DNA of 64,000 nucleotides, taken from assembly GCA_003427395.1 (NCBI GenBank), contig BFEA01000010.1, positions 7,052,077 to 7,116,076 of the forward strand, written 5' to 3'. This stretch comes from Chara braunii. Taxonomy: Eukaryota; Plantae; Charophyceae. The position numbers and the translations under genes are program-made. Under the pieces are notes generated by a model. It saw only the letters and a program-made list of their open reading frames with translations. It was not told the DNA's origin and searched no databases. Shown in pieces: positions 1 through 13,268 of the stretch (the stretch's first letter is position 1; each line of letters begins with the position of its first letter).

Positions 1-429
1 TGTTGTTGTCCACGTGTCCTTTGATACTAGATCTTCCGCTGCGCTGCTTCCCAGCCTATGATGATGATGATACGAATGTGTTGTTATTGATTTCCCGTTG
101 TTTCACTCTTTGCGTCGCGCACATTGACACCTTGTGAATGTTGCACCTATGCTGCTGGTTGTTGCCACTTTCGTCATTGCTAGATCCTAGGCTTTCAGTG
201 CATTTCACTTTCTGATATGTTACACCAGCAAGCGTGCACACATAGTCTTAGTAGCAGGCGGGAAACTCAGCAAGGCATTCAGTCTATGGGCAAAACTCAG
301 AAATCAGTCGTGTGTTTCAGTCCATGTTTGGACGGGTCATCACGGCTGTGATTATAGTGCTTGTGATTGCACATTTTCCAGAGTTCCGGCCTTCCAATGA
401 CGCAAATGAAATTGTTCTTTTGTTTGCAG

Positions 430-564
430 GCTTTTTCAGACATTGAACCGATCTACAGCTATGAGGGGACATACGACATCAATGCCTTGGTCGTGGGACG
501 AGAGGTGACAGGGGTGGCAAGCATGAAGCCGCGACTTCCTACCTCTTCTCGGGAGCATTTTTAA
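430..564 (+). CDS. ACX4: Terminal exon of acyl-CoA oxidase 4 (acyl-CoA dehydrogenase fold); upstream exons lie outside the window
   Basis: Follows a pyrimidine tract and acceptor ttgcag|gct. Reads [34 protein letters not shown], closely matching the plant ACX4 C-terminus ([34 protein letters not shown]). TAA at 562-564. Confidence 0.88.
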   Translation, partial: AFSDIEPIYSYEGTYDINALVVGREVTGVASMKPRLPTSSREHF

Positions 565-1415
565 GATGCGATGTGTAACGTTTCGCGTGATTCTGACTCG
601 ACAGTGTACCTTTTCTTGCATACGCGTACACCAAGGAGGAAGACTAACGCCAAGGATCTAGCAGGGTGGGCGGGCAGACGGGCTTAAGCCGCCAGTACAC
701 TGTCCCCAGCCTTGTGGAGAAATCTTTCATCACCTACGAAAATTTTGGAGGCTCAGGCCTACCGAACCACAATGGCTGGCGGCGGCAGCCAAAAAAAAAA
801 AAAAAGGTGCATCACTGGCGGGTCTGTTGGCAGTTGGGCATAGCTTGGTGGGTAGTGGAAGGTCGCCAGGCCCGGGTGTACTTGTGGTTTAAAAAAGAGA
901 ATAATACCCATATTCCGGTGCGTTGGACTGAACGGCCCGTGCATTGGCAACTGTTTATGGTGGTAGAGAGGGGACTCTACAAGATGTAAATCCATTAAGC
1001 AAGCAAAGGGAATCCGAAACAACTTCAATGACGTAAACTGTAGATTAGTTCGGCAATTTGGCAATTGAGTTGAACTGACACAGAAGTGATATAATCTGCC
1101 TAGGCTGCCATCGGTGAAAAGAAAAGAATTGGTGAGAAGCTGTAAATTACTTGAGCAGCTTGGCTAGTGATAAAAGAGGTACAGAATTGCGAATCGATCA
1201 GTGACCAGAAGTGTGACCAGATGGAATGAAGCAGAAGCATCATTCATGGCTCTGTTTATGGTTTCACCAGAAACCGAGAACCGCCTGGTTTCTGCACAAA
1301 CCAACCCATGAAGTTTGTTTTTCCAGATTCCCTTCTTTTTCCTTTTTTTGTTTTAGAAAAATGGGCCCTTACGGCCCCGGCTCCTTTCCACTCTCAGAAG
1401 CGACAGTGCGGTTCC

Positions 1416-1510
1416 GATTTCCCAGAGTCCTGCATATCTCAAGGTTTCCTTTTGGGGAGTCCATCGATTTCCCAGAGTCCTAATATCTCAAGGATTCCGT
1501 TTGGGGAGTT
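1416..1510. repeat. ~48-bp tandem duplication
   Basis: cgatttcccagagtcct..atatctcaagg.ttcc.tttggggagt occurs twice in tandem. Confidence 0.7.
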
Positions 1511-2122
1511 CACCCCAACGACTTTGAAGTTTGAACGCCATAAGGCTCAGTGTAATAGTTCATCCAAACAACTTCGAAGTTTGAGTGCCATAATGCTCAA
1601 CGTAATCGAATGATTAGGCCTCCATTGGTTGGAGTTCTGTGCAATTTCTAGAAGGAAAGTGGCTGCAGCTGTTGCATGGCACGTCAGTTTCCTGGCTTTC
1701 GTTTGCAGCTGCAGACCACCAACGAGTTCCCCCCCCCCCTCCCCTCCCCAAGTTGTGAGACATCCGACTCCTTTTCGTTTTCTTGCAAAGAGAGCTGGCA
1801 TCCTGTAACATTACTTAACCGTCTGGATTTGAACCCTGGACCTGTTGATCAGGAGTTCACACAGGCATTATTCAACCACCTGGAAGCATAGGCGGAGATG
1901 TGACTGCTCTCCCAGGTTTTGGAATCGCACACAGACTGCCATAAGGGCATACTGACACCAGCACTTTACTAAATGTATTTGACTGCAAGTACGGCCAGAC
2001 CTGGATGAACTTGACTGCAATCACTTCCAGGAACGGCCTAAAGCATCACTGAGTTCAATGGGGACTTCAACGTCCATAATCTCTAGATAAATATAGAAAT
2101 CAGCAAATTGCAGTCTAGCCAA

Positions 2123-2703
2123 GTGTGCTGTTCTACAAGGCCCATTACTACATGCTAACCTACCTGATACAATCCCACCTGCAGCTAAGATGTTATCGGG
2201 CACATGTCTGTGTGTGTGCATGGGAGGGAGAGACAACGTGGGAGGACATATGTTATGATAGGTGTGTGTGTGTGACAAGCGAGAGAGAGACACAGACCAG
2301 ACAGATGGAGAGACAGACAGGCAGGCAGGCAGACAGACACAGATGAACCGAGCTCAATAGAAAGAGAGGGACCCCCTCTCTTTGTCTGCTTCATCCTCTC
2401 GTTGTTCAATGTTCTGCATTGTGAGAACAAGTGATGGGCCAGAATGATCATGCTGTGGCGATTGTTCGCTCCTGAGAACACTCTCTTGCATTCTGTGAGA
2501 AGTAATGTCTAGCACAGTGTGTCCAAAACGTTGCTGTGCTATAAGGCCCATCACGACATGCTGGCCTGCCTGGTGCAGATTCACCTGAGCAGGGATCTGA
2601 TGAAGCACATGTGTGTGTGTACAAGAGGGAGAGATGGAAGGCAAGAGACAGACATGTTGATAATCTGTGTGAAAGAGAAACACAGAGAGAGAGAGAGAGC
2701 GAG

Positions 2704-2779
<76 letters not shown>

Positions 2780-2825
2780 AGATGGTGGCAGGCGGACAGA
2801 GCTCAATTGAAAGAGGAGAGAAAAA
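2123..2825. repeat. Degenerate ~410-450-bp tandem duplication containing (TG)n and (AG)n microsatellites
   Basis: The blocks tgctgt.cta.aaggcccat.ac.acatgct.., cacatgt.tgtgtgt..gggagaga and gagctcaat.gaaagag recur in the same order at ~2123-2370 and ~2531-2825. Confidence 0.6.
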
Positions 2826-2907
2826 ACCTGACCACCTTGTTCCCTGCTCTGATTATGGAGTCTGCTGGTCATCAGTGTTGCCACATGGCAATTTTCTTTG
2901 CCATGTG

Positions 2908-2963
<56 letters not shown>

Positions 2964-3091
2964 NNNNNNNNNNNNNNNNNNNNNNNNNNNNNNNNNNNNN
3001 NNNNNNNNNNNNNNNNNNNNNNNNNNNNNNNNNNNNNNNNNNNNNNNNNNNNNNNNNNNNNNNNNNNNNNNNNCACACACACACACACACA
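2684..3091. repeat. (AG)n, (CT)n and (CA)n microsatellites around an assembly gap
   Basis: Dinucleotide runs are directly visible. Confidence 0.95.
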
Positions 3092-3364
3092 TGTTTCCAC
3101 GAAGATGTCGTAGACAGCATGTGTCTCTACCCTGATGCCATCATCCGCCACATCCTCTCCTAGTATGTCCCACATGCAGTGTTGGGCATACACCTCTGCT
3201 GCAACAGCAGACGGATTTCCCTCTTCCTTGCCAGACAAACGACAGACGCAGCAGCCTGAGGGGGAAAATAGACTACCATATGAACCACCCACAGAGCACT
3301 GTACTGAAAGGTTATCACCACCAGGGCGAGCTGTTGCAGGCCAAATCCTGCAGCAGCTAAACAC

Positions 3365-4325
3365 TATGGTTGCCCCGGACACGACATCCAGACAACCAGA
3401 CACAGTCACCGGACCCTTGTCTGGATTAAACCAGATGTCCGGTTAACCGTACATCTAACCGGACATCCAAACAACCGGACCCGGACAGTCCGGTTGGGTG
3501 TATCAGTGTCCGGTTGTCCGGTGACAAAAAAAAAAAAAAGGAACGGTGCACGTGACACGAACACAGACACAAACAGGTTTGTGGGACAGGTCAACATGCT
3601 AATAAATTTGGAAATTAACATACGAACTTCAAAGTTCGGAACTTCGAATCTTGAACCGGCACACATGACACGAAAACACACACACACAGCAAAGTTCCAC
3701 ACCGCTCCAGCCCCCAAGAACTTCGATGTTCCGAACTTCATCAAAGTTCGGAACTTCGAATCTTGAACCGGCACACATGACACGAAAACACACACACACA
3801 GCAAAGTTCCACACCGCTCCAGCCCCCAAGAACTTCGATGTTCCGAACTTCATCAAAGTTCGGAACTTCGAATCTTGAACCGGCAAGACAGCAACCTCCT
3901 CGTCGGCGGCAATCTCCCGGACTCCTGGGCGATGGAGAAGCTCGAGCTGGTGATGGTGTGGCTGCAGCGGGCGGGAAGTTCGAGGAGAGCACTGCTACAC
4001 CAGAGGGAGCGCTGCTGCACGAGGCGGTTCATTCGAAAATAGGGTCCTCCCGACGGCGGGAAACCAACGCCAGGATACTGCGGCTGCCACTGCCCTCCGA
4101 AGTTCTCCAACAGCGGGCCCTTCAGGGCCGGTCCGGTTGGGGCGACGGTCGACAAAAAACTACAGCAACAATTGTCTGGGGCACCTCAGGCGCAGGAAAA
4201 TGGCCTGGGGACCCCAAATTTTCTTTTCGGATTTCTTGAAATGAGGGTCCAACCAGACCCTCCAAACCGGACACCGAACACCTGACTGTCTGGATCGGGA
4301 TACGGACGTCCGGTTAGCAACCATG
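3365..4325. mobile_element. Non-autonomous hAT-like DNA transposon (MITE)
   Basis: Termini tatggttgc..ccggac / gtccgg..gcaaccatg. Many subterminal ccgga/tccgg motifs at both ends. The 8-bp flanks ctaaacac and ctaacacc differ by one indel, consistent with a decayed 8-bp TSD. Confidence 0.6.
3631..3883. repeat. Perfect 112-bp tandem repeat (~2.3 copies) inside the MITE
   Basis: aaagttcggaacttcgaatcttgaaccggc starts at 3631, 3743 and 3855. Confidence 0.9.
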
Positions 4326-5614
4326 CTAACACCCTTGCTTTGGATCAATCTCCCCCATTGTCGTCTACCCGTAGAGAGGGAATAAGTACTGGGGAAACCC
4401 AAAAACCTGCCCAATGGTGCTCTGCGATGACCTGTCTGAGATTCGGCTAGCATATGGTTTGGCTGCCTTGCGCCGTGAGGATTGTGAAGGGATAGCCCAT
4501 ACGAGTTTTTGTCTTCATACGTATGGAGTCAATACTGTCCTCATGTATGGCACCCTGACATGTCATGCCCAGTTTGTAGACAGGGGATGGTATGTCAATG
4601 CCTCTACAATTGCTGTCGGCATGCCTCTATGTTCCTAGCTTGTAGGAAACACATAGCCTGTGACATCTGTCTACGCCGCGCCATTCGATGCAGCAACCGC
4701 GAATGCGAGAATTGGATGTGGTGCTTCGACAGTCCACACCCAAATCGGTCCTGTCCGGTTTGTAGGGGTGGCAACTTACCATAGGCAACAACTGCTCCTC
4801 GACTCCAAATCTTCTGCAACCCAAACACGGGATGACGGGGGTGTGGGCAGCCGGCGCTCAACCACAATCAACGTTGCCAGCCTTGTACGTAAGAGGTGTG
4901 GTAAAAGGGGAGCTGCAAGAAAAATGAAAGGGGTACCCCAAAGAAAGCCAAAGTAAACATAGTTGACGAAGGGATTTCGACGGATTTGTTGTGCTCCATG
5001 TTGCTTGCTATAGAGTTAAAACTGTTTCATTGTTGGAATGTCTCAACTCAAATGTGCTTCACTGTCTGCAATAGAACGGAAGTTGCTTCAATTTTGGTTA
5101 TAGTCATCTGGTTGGAATAGGGGCTGTTGTGGTGAAAATCTAAAACACACGCACATGCACTGTCATGCAGCGTGCACGGAATAATTTAAGCTGCAATTAT
5201 GGGGTATTTATCAGAGCCCCATTCACCTAGGAATGGATGCTCTTTTGGATCCTGGGGTTATCTATGCTATGCTTCACACACCTTATGGTTGCACATATGT
5301 TGGGCAAACTACATAAACTGCGATGGCTGCAGACACAGTTTCAATGTTGAGCCCACAGCAAACGTTTGTCCACTGGAGTGCATGATTCATGGCTTACAAA
5401 TATTAACGTTGATCGTATTTCAGTCTTGCACATGATCCAGTTCCATTGCTATATTTTCTTAAGGGTGGGCATGTGCATCATAATGTTGCTCGCACCATAT
5501 GATTTCATAGCATCCTTCGACTACCAGAGGCCGTTGAATGACACTCATGGCCTCCTCTTGCTAAGGAAATACGCATTTGCGATAAGATGGTGCCACCTTG
5601 CATCCAGCATAAAT

Positions 5615-6027
5615 GGTTAACGGGGACCCCCATTTTCAGGCCCTGGGTAACGAGTCCAAAACTGAAATTAGGGTTTCAGACTCAAATTTTATGGGTTTTT
5701 TTTTTTGTTTTTTTTTTTGCCTGTTCTTGTTTTGGTTCAAGGTTGGTGTGTGCCAAATTTTGTCATTTGGAGAATTGGAATTTCCTCTGTTAAGATTTCT
5801 GAAATTTCTCAAGATTTCTGAAATTGAGATGTTGGCGAAATTTCATGAAAATGCACTTTTGCCTTGCTGTTTTATATGTTTTTTTATTTTTTTTGTTGGA
5901 TTTTTTTTTGCAGTTAGTTAGTATGGTCTCCACTCTACGAATTGGTGGCAAGTTTGATTAAAATGACCCTTTGGTTTTCATATAAATGGCATGGCAAGTG
6001 GTCTGAAAATTAGGGTCTCCGTTAACC
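5615..6027. mobile_element. MITE-like element with ~29-bp terminal inverted repeats
   Basis: Left end ggttaacggggacccccattttcagg matches the reverse complement of the right end, ggttaacggagaccctaattttcaga. T-rich non-coding interior. No clear TSD. Confidence 0.6.
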
Positions 6028-9000
6028 TTCTCTCGTCCATGGTAGACTATGCTATTATACATGACACATTTACGGTGTCGGGGCGAACACCCTTATAAGG
6101 GTATCCGCCCTGGTTTTTGCAAGCAACAGAAATTCAGTTTGATTTAAAGTTCAAGTATACCGCGCGAGGCGCGGCGGAATCTGTGGCTTACATTAATAGG
6201 ATGGTTGACTAGAGTAGAGAGTGAGTGGGTGCGCAGACTGAAGGCGCGCGTGATCCCTTTTTTTTTTCTTTTGATGATTGAAGGACCGGAGTGGTCGCCG
6301 ACCAAATTTTCTTTTTTATTAAGCAAGGAATAAACAATTTTTTGCTGTTTGGTCGATGCACTTACCGGTGACCCGTGCGTACGTGTGGAGGACGGCATCG
6401 ACAACAACGTGAAATTTTAGAACGTTTCGGTAGGTCTGCGCGTCGCGTAGAATCGATTTATTTAAGTATCCGTCAAAGCTAGACCCAGACGGGGACCTGG
6501 CATTATTGGCTATAGCATCGGACTTTCATCAAGGAGATTCAGGGATCGAGATCGAGCGGCGACAATGGAGGAATATCAAAGTAGTGCGAAGCGACCGAGG
6601 GATCGGAAGGCCAACATGGCTATCCCCCTTGGTTTGGCCGTTGGCGGCGTCCGATCGACGGTGACATTTTCTAAATAATTCAATTTAGCGCCATATGTCT
6701 AGTACTTTTTATGCTCCAGCGTCCTCTTGACTTGGATGCAACGTCGAAATTAATGGTCGTTACGACAATCAAGGACCTTGAGCAGGTGCATCCATTAGTT
6801 AGGCTACAGGTTTTTTGCGGATTCGGGGTGTTGGGGGAAACTTCTCTATCCCAGGGACGCGGGCCGAGGAAGTCAACGTGCATACGAGCGGGTAGGCGTC
6901 GCAGCCAGTTGCGGAACCTTCTCCACTTTGGTATTTAAAGTTCTCAAGTAAATGTTAGTTACTATATCGGACTTAAACCCGGCCCATTCCGACCCACACC
7001 TAGGCCTGCAGCTGAACCATGCGCTCGATTTTGGGGCCGCTACCTGCGGAAGGAGTGCAGCTTGGGGCCCATAAAATAGTGAATCAGGCCAGAGAAAAAG
7101 GGTGTCAGTGGGAGGCTGCCGCAGTGCTGGTTGTGCGGCAGGCCGTCCCAAACTGCGGCGCGCAGGGGACCCCTTCCTGACTACGACCTCCGGAGGTCTC
7201 ACCCAAGACTCGGTAACTACTGCCAAGATCTGCCCTGGGCCCGCACCACTCAGCCCGTATTGCCAGCAACACAACAGATCGATCATCGAGCTGGGTATAG
7301 GAGTGAAGAAATTAGTCGGGTTGCCCAATGGCAGTCTTTCTTTACAGTTTTTTCTGTAGGGTAGACGTTGCAGAAGAGTAGTTCCGCACTCATATGTGTG
7401 ACCGAGCGCTACTGCAAAGATGACGGGCATGAACGAAACGGATAAGGCAGGGCGGGGAGTACTAAGCCTGGGTGGCGGGTTCGGCCGGGTTGCGGGAGGC
7501 AGCAGCGAGCGGAGTAGGTGGAGTGCGAACGCAGTACAATGCGGATGAACCTGACCGACAAGTCATGCGAGGTGCATGCACGCTGGAGGACAGGAATGGC
7601 GGAGTAGTGGGCCAAGGCGCAGGGCAGGCAGCGAGGAGACAGACCAGAACGGAGTCATCAGAGGAAAGGCGGAGGTTACGAGGGAAGGTAAGCAAAGTAG
7701 AGGGTGAATTTGGACGGAGAGCCGCGCCGGATGCATGTAAGGTAGGGGCGCGGGAACCAAGCATGGCGAAGCTACGGGGGAAGCAGAGATAGCTCACTCG
7801 ACTCTTTATGAAATTGAGTGAGTAGAGATGCTACGATAAAGTTTTAGAGTATTGCGAGTTAGCTGATGGCGTTAGATTTAGGAAAGGAACACTAGTTTCC
7901 GTGCTGCAGGAAAAGGAAGCTGCGCGAGTGATGGCGGAGGTAGAGGATGGAGAAAGGGGGAGAGCGAAGTAGCACATTCGAGTCATTACAGAATCGAGCG
8001 AGGGAGAGGACGTTTGGGGGTTCTGACCCCGGGCGAGTCTAATGGTAATGTTAGTTTTAGCAAGAAATTAGCAGGGATGGAGATAGAAGGAGAAGGTTGT
8101 GCACTAAGCTGAGGGGAAAGGGAGTGGTGGTGAGATTCGAGACTCAAAAATCTCACAAGTTAGGTAGGGAGAGTGAGCAATAGAGGTTTAGAGTATCGAT
8201 GAATCCGGTGGTGAAGTGTGATCGAGGAATTGGTGGATGTTTTTGATGGAATGAGAGATATAGGCCGACTTTGCAGTAGGAATGTATCTGCCTACGTTCT
8301 GGCGGAAGATTCATTTGAATCTTATTATCGATATTTGAGGTAATAGCGTGAGGCCACTCATGGGGTTGATTCCATCCCAAGCCTCATTGTCACATAGCGG
8401 CCGTGTGGGCGAGTCCGGCCGCAAGTTCTGAAAACTTACTTGTTGAACCGTGTGTTGCTCACCTTGAGGGATGCGTCCGACTGTATGCCAGCGCGAGATT
8501 CAGTCGGTGATTGCAGTCATAGCCATTGCTTCTGCTGGCTCGTTCTCGTCATCAGCATCTTGATGAGAAGCATCTACCACGGTTCGTCGGGGCTCCTACA
8601 GCATTGTGATTATACTACTCATACCGGACCAAGAAGCACGAACCTACCAGCTGATCGTGGCACAGCCTGGAGGTCGATAAAAGTAGCAACAGGCGGGCTA
8701 CGACAGATACAGGCTTACCAGTCGGGCTAGTGCGTGGCCTATCGCATCAGCAGGAGAAGCCAGGGGCAGATAGCGGATTGGAACCTGCTAGCCGAGACAT
8801 TGATCGGTCGTTGCTCGGAATAGCGAGGGGGCGCATCAGAGTGGAAGGGATGACACGGAGACAGCAAAAGGGGAAGAAACATACCTGGAGTATGTAGGTC
8901 GTCGGTGTACTGGCAACTCGGGTGAAGAGGATAGCAAGGGAGCGACCCCCGGAGGCCGGGAGATTCATTGTTGACTGCTGCTGGCTTCTGCTAATTGCCG

Positions 9001-9379
9001 TTGGTTGCGGCTGGTTGCGGCTGGTTGCTGCGAATTGCTGCTTCGTATGTTGACTATGTACGAACTGCTACTGCTGCTGCCTACTGTTAGTTGCTGCGTA
9101 GTACTGCATACTACCGCCGGGCTGTAGCTGACTGTTACAGCCTGTTGTGCAGCGACGATTGGGTTAAGGGGAGGTGCTGGGATTCAGAGGAGTGGTTGCG
9201 AAGGGGGTTACTGCTGCGATTCAGAGGGTCGTCAGAGGGCCAATAGCCGGCGGGTTGACTACAGTTTTGACCAAACTGTTTCAGAGCCCACCGATTGTGG
9301 AAGCTCTGTCGAAACTCATGATGAGTTCTGGAGGCAGGGAACTGAAAGGTAATCATTGTTCTCCCGCTATAAACACTGT

Positions 9380-11871
9380 TGTAACCCCTACCTGTATCCC
9401 TTTGCTACTATCTGACTGAGTATACTACATGCCCCTCTGCTTTGACTTTCAATTTGACTTTCATGACATAACCAGACTAATTAAAGAAATGTATGTGCAA
9501 TGGCAGTTTCAGTTTATTTGTTTGACTGAAAGCAGATTGTGGGGTTCCATCTGGGGGAGGGATGAGAGGAAGGCAGTATTGCATGAAGTGTGATTGGGTT
9601 AATCAAGGGTTGGGCCAGTTCCATAAGTTTGGGAAGGCTCAGTGCTATGTTTATTTTGAAATTGCCTGGAGAGCCAGACATGTTCCATAAGTTTGGGTGT
9701 GTGGGCTGACTGTGGATGACTTTAAGGGACCAAGCATGTTCCATAAGTTTTCGTGGCTTGGCCGCCTTGTTTACTTTGGGTTTTTGTCAGATTTTTTAGT
9801 TCCTGAACGAGGAGGTCTGAGCATGTTCCATAAGTTTTTGTGGCTCAACCTCTAGACATATTCCATAAGTTTGGGTGATCTTGGTCCAACGCCTCGCACA
9901 TGCTGGAACCAGAAGGATATAAGTTGGTTATACTTTATTATTATATTATTTATGAACAGGTTAGTCAGACAGGGTTCCATAAGTTTGGGTGGTCTGACTA
10001 TAGCTTATCACCGACTGAAGAAAGTATGAAGTAAGAATAAAATTGGGACACGAAGGGGCAAACTGAGTCTTGAGCTGAAGATGATCGGCTCAGTTATATG
10101 CTACCTCAAAAGACTAAGGGCAGACAATTATATAAAAATGGGATATTAAGTTGTTCAGGGCGGCTAGGGTGACCTAGTCACGTGCCCAAAGAAGAGAAAA
10201 ATTGTTGTGCCCTGTGTTTGTGTATACTCTATGGCTCAACTAGACATGTTTCATAAGTTTTGGTGGTCTAGCTTTATGTCTTATGTAAGCTGGGAATAAA
10301 GGAAATAAATCATTAAAAGACTATGAACTATTGTTTGTTAAAGTTGACTTTGGGATGGTGAGAGTACTTACTCTTGTGGTTTGGCCTGCATGTGACTGAG
10401 TGAAGTTACTACTTAGTCTGAGTTTCAGTTTGATAGGTAGTTGCTTTAGTTGTTCGCCACGTGCTAGAGTCATTGGAGCTAGTTTCAATTCCTGCATTTT
10501 CTTAGCTAAGTTTTTTTTTTACTTAGATCAAATTCTGCATTTTCTGGGATCGTTTATTATACTTGGTCTTGTATAAATCTTGGTAAGCCATTTTCTCAAT
10601 GGTAAGTGCTGCAGAAATTTGTACTAAACCCAGGAGTTAGCCAGATTTTATCTTCTCAAAATTCAGTCTGTCTGTCTTTTTGACTTAGTAAAAATTTGGA
10701 GAGTCTCATTTTCTAAAAGGAATGCTGCCCAATTTTTTGCTAATTCAGGGGGTTAGATCAAATTGGACTTTGAGAAGTCAAAGTCATTTTAGATTATGAA
10801 CTTGGCTTTATATAAATTTTGGTAAGCTACTTTCTCTATGGGAAGCGCTGCCGAAATTTTTGCAAATCCAAGGAGTTAGTCAAATTTGACTTGTCAAAAG
10901 TTTAACTTGTCTGATTTTTGTATATGACTTAGTAAAAATTTGGGAAATCTCATTTTCTAAAGGGAGTGTTGTCTAAATTTTTGCTAATTCAGGGAGTTAG
11001 ACAAAATTTGACCTCGAAAGGTTGAAGATTATTTATGTTTTCATATTTAGGCTGATACAAATTATGAGAAGACACTTTTCCTACGGGAAGCGCGACCGAA
11101 ATTTTCCTAATTTAAAAGAGTTAGATTATATTTTGATAGGTGGCGATTCGTGCAATCCATTCTATATAGAGGAGACTCTGTCAGGGTCAACCTTTCTTTG
11201 GGCGCTTGCTTAAAGGCAGACCTAGGCTTAGTTTGTAGAAAGATCTTGGGTGAGAACGTGTTATGGAGTGTTGTTCTCGATAAACTTATAAATTTAGCCT
11301 GGGGATTGGTCTGTCATGTTTTACAGGTCCTCTTGATCGATTGATTCAAGGTCTGGACTAGATTCAGCATAATCCTATAAGGGTCACCTTCTGTTATCAC
11401 TGATAACGGGTCGGTTGTCGATTCGTCAGTTTACGACTCAATTCCAACCCACCCTCAATACTCAACCTAAAAAACTTTAGCCCTGGTGATTTTATTGTTT
11501 TGTTAAGGTTTCACCCGAACTTTTATTGAATGGTCATTTAACAAAGGTACTGAGTATTTAATTATGGTTGGTTGGACAGGAGGCTGGGGCTTGCATGGTT
11601 AAGGCAAGGGGCATGAGTATAGAGAGTGGTTGGGGTTGACTCTGTGTAGTGTGTGGACCTTTGTTTGACTCTTTGATGTGTTTGCAGGTATGTATGGTGA
11701 TTCGGGCTTTGGATTTGACTACCTGCGCTCACATACATATGTATATGTGACTGAGAGGAGGCCCACTGTGAGAAGTGATCGTCCTATATTAATAACCCTT
11801 TATATATATGTAAATACATATGTTTTGAGTGTTTCGTGTGGCCTACTGTGACCGCGCGTAAGGGTTATACA
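9380..11871 (+). mobile_element. LTR-like block (possible solo or truncated LTR) with internal tandem repeats
   Basis: Begins TGTAACCCC and ends GGGTTATACA (imperfect terminal IR). No long ORFs. No matching TSD or convincing PBS. Confidence 0.35.
10540..11130. repeat. Degenerate ~120-bp tandem array (about 5 monomers) with alternating A/B types
   Basis: acttgg..tataaat.ttggtaagc at ~10561 and ~10800; tgacttagtaaaaatttgg at ~10681 and ~10925; a fifth monomer at ~11046. Confidence 0.7.
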
Positions 11872-13052
11872 AATTATGCATTCGAGAGAGAAGGGATTTC
11901 CCCTTTTAGCCGTTGCTTTTTAGAGTTCTATAGTTGGACGTTGTAGTCCGTGGTAGTTATCAAAGTCAAACCCCTTGACTTCTTTCCAGGCCCTAGATAG
12001 TGAAGCTGGTCTCCAGGGCCATAAGAGACGATTGTCACCACCGGTATGAACCTGTGTACCACCCACTCTCTGCAGGGTGCAGAAGAGGGTGTGGTTCTCA
12101 ACCGCCTTTGGTGATTGTCCACCGTCGAGAGGTTAACCGTCAAGGCGCGTGTCAGCCGACACTTGAGTGTCAAATGCAACCTCGAGGTTAACGAGGACCG
12201 CATGAGTATGGGTACTGCATAGTACGCCATGATTGCGATCGCTTGCGTACTTATGCATTGTGAGTCGATATGAGTTAGCCCTGTGTTCGGGCGATTTTAT
12301 ACTAAGTCTCGCGCGCTACGCCTATCCGATTTCCGCATCGGAAAGTTATGGGATGGCTACTAAGGGGCTAGGAGTGTTGTCGTGTTGTTTGTTCAGTGTC
12401 GTTCTGTATATGTATATGTTCGTGTGTGTGTGTGTGTGTTTTATTTTTTTTATAGTAGTGTGCGCGTGGCGTGTGGGATGCGTCTTAGTCGACCGGCGAC
12501 GAATCGCGTTTGAGACCTCGTGCGGGTCCGATAGAGGCGTATTACCGCGCGTGCCACCTATAATACAGCGAACGAGAAACGCCCTCGGCTGGTCCACCTC
12601 AGCGACTGCAACTGATCAACTTTCGTATTGTGGACTGGTAGCTCGGCGGGGATACGCCCACCGAAGGGAGGTGACAGCTCCTATAAGGTGGAGGTAAGTT
12701 GTGCCTCGCGTAGGCCCTATCCTGTCATAGGGGCTCGCGGGAGGTATGGCTGGCGCACTCGGCCGGAGCGGCTTGCGGAAGCTCCATGTATATTCGCGAC
12801 GAGGATTCAGACCAAGTCCAGCGTTATGCGGCCGGGAGGGTCCCGCGCTGCTTTGTGTGGTCCCAGACCGATGCGCTCGACAAGTGGCGCCGTTGCCGGG
12901 GATAACGGTTGCCCGCCGTTGTACCTGGTGGAACGACATCCGGGTATAAGATTGAGAAAAAGTAGGCATATGAGGCAAGACTAAGTATATAATGTCTTGC
13001 CAGATTATCTATGATAAAGTAACTGTTATGTTATTGTCGTTATTATTGTTAT

Positions 13053-13054
13053 AG

Positions 13055-13097
<43 letters not shown>

Positions 13098-13221
13098 GAG
13101 CCGCCGCCAATACTGCAGGCGCCGCGATCGATGATGTCGTTGATGATCGGTATTGGCGTTGTGACCCACGTTATCTTCGCGGCCTCCGATATCACCGGTG
13201 TCGATGTTGTTGTCGTTGTCG

Positions 13222-13256
<35 letters not shown>

Positions 13257-13268
13257 GATGATGATGTT
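13053..13268. repeat. (GTT)n microsatellite tracts
   Basis: Runs at 13053-13096 and ~13205-13257 give the poly-Q/T/V in the overlapping ORFs. Confidence 0.9.

Noticed and set aside
3631-3883. CRISPR-like array
   Set aside because: Whole units are identical with no unique spacers, the context is eukaryotic and there are no cas genes.
6030-9379. GC-rich region with many short ORFs and a palindrome at ~6081-6110
   Set aside because: No recognisable domain, termini or TSD. Probably TE-derived but not classifiable by eye.
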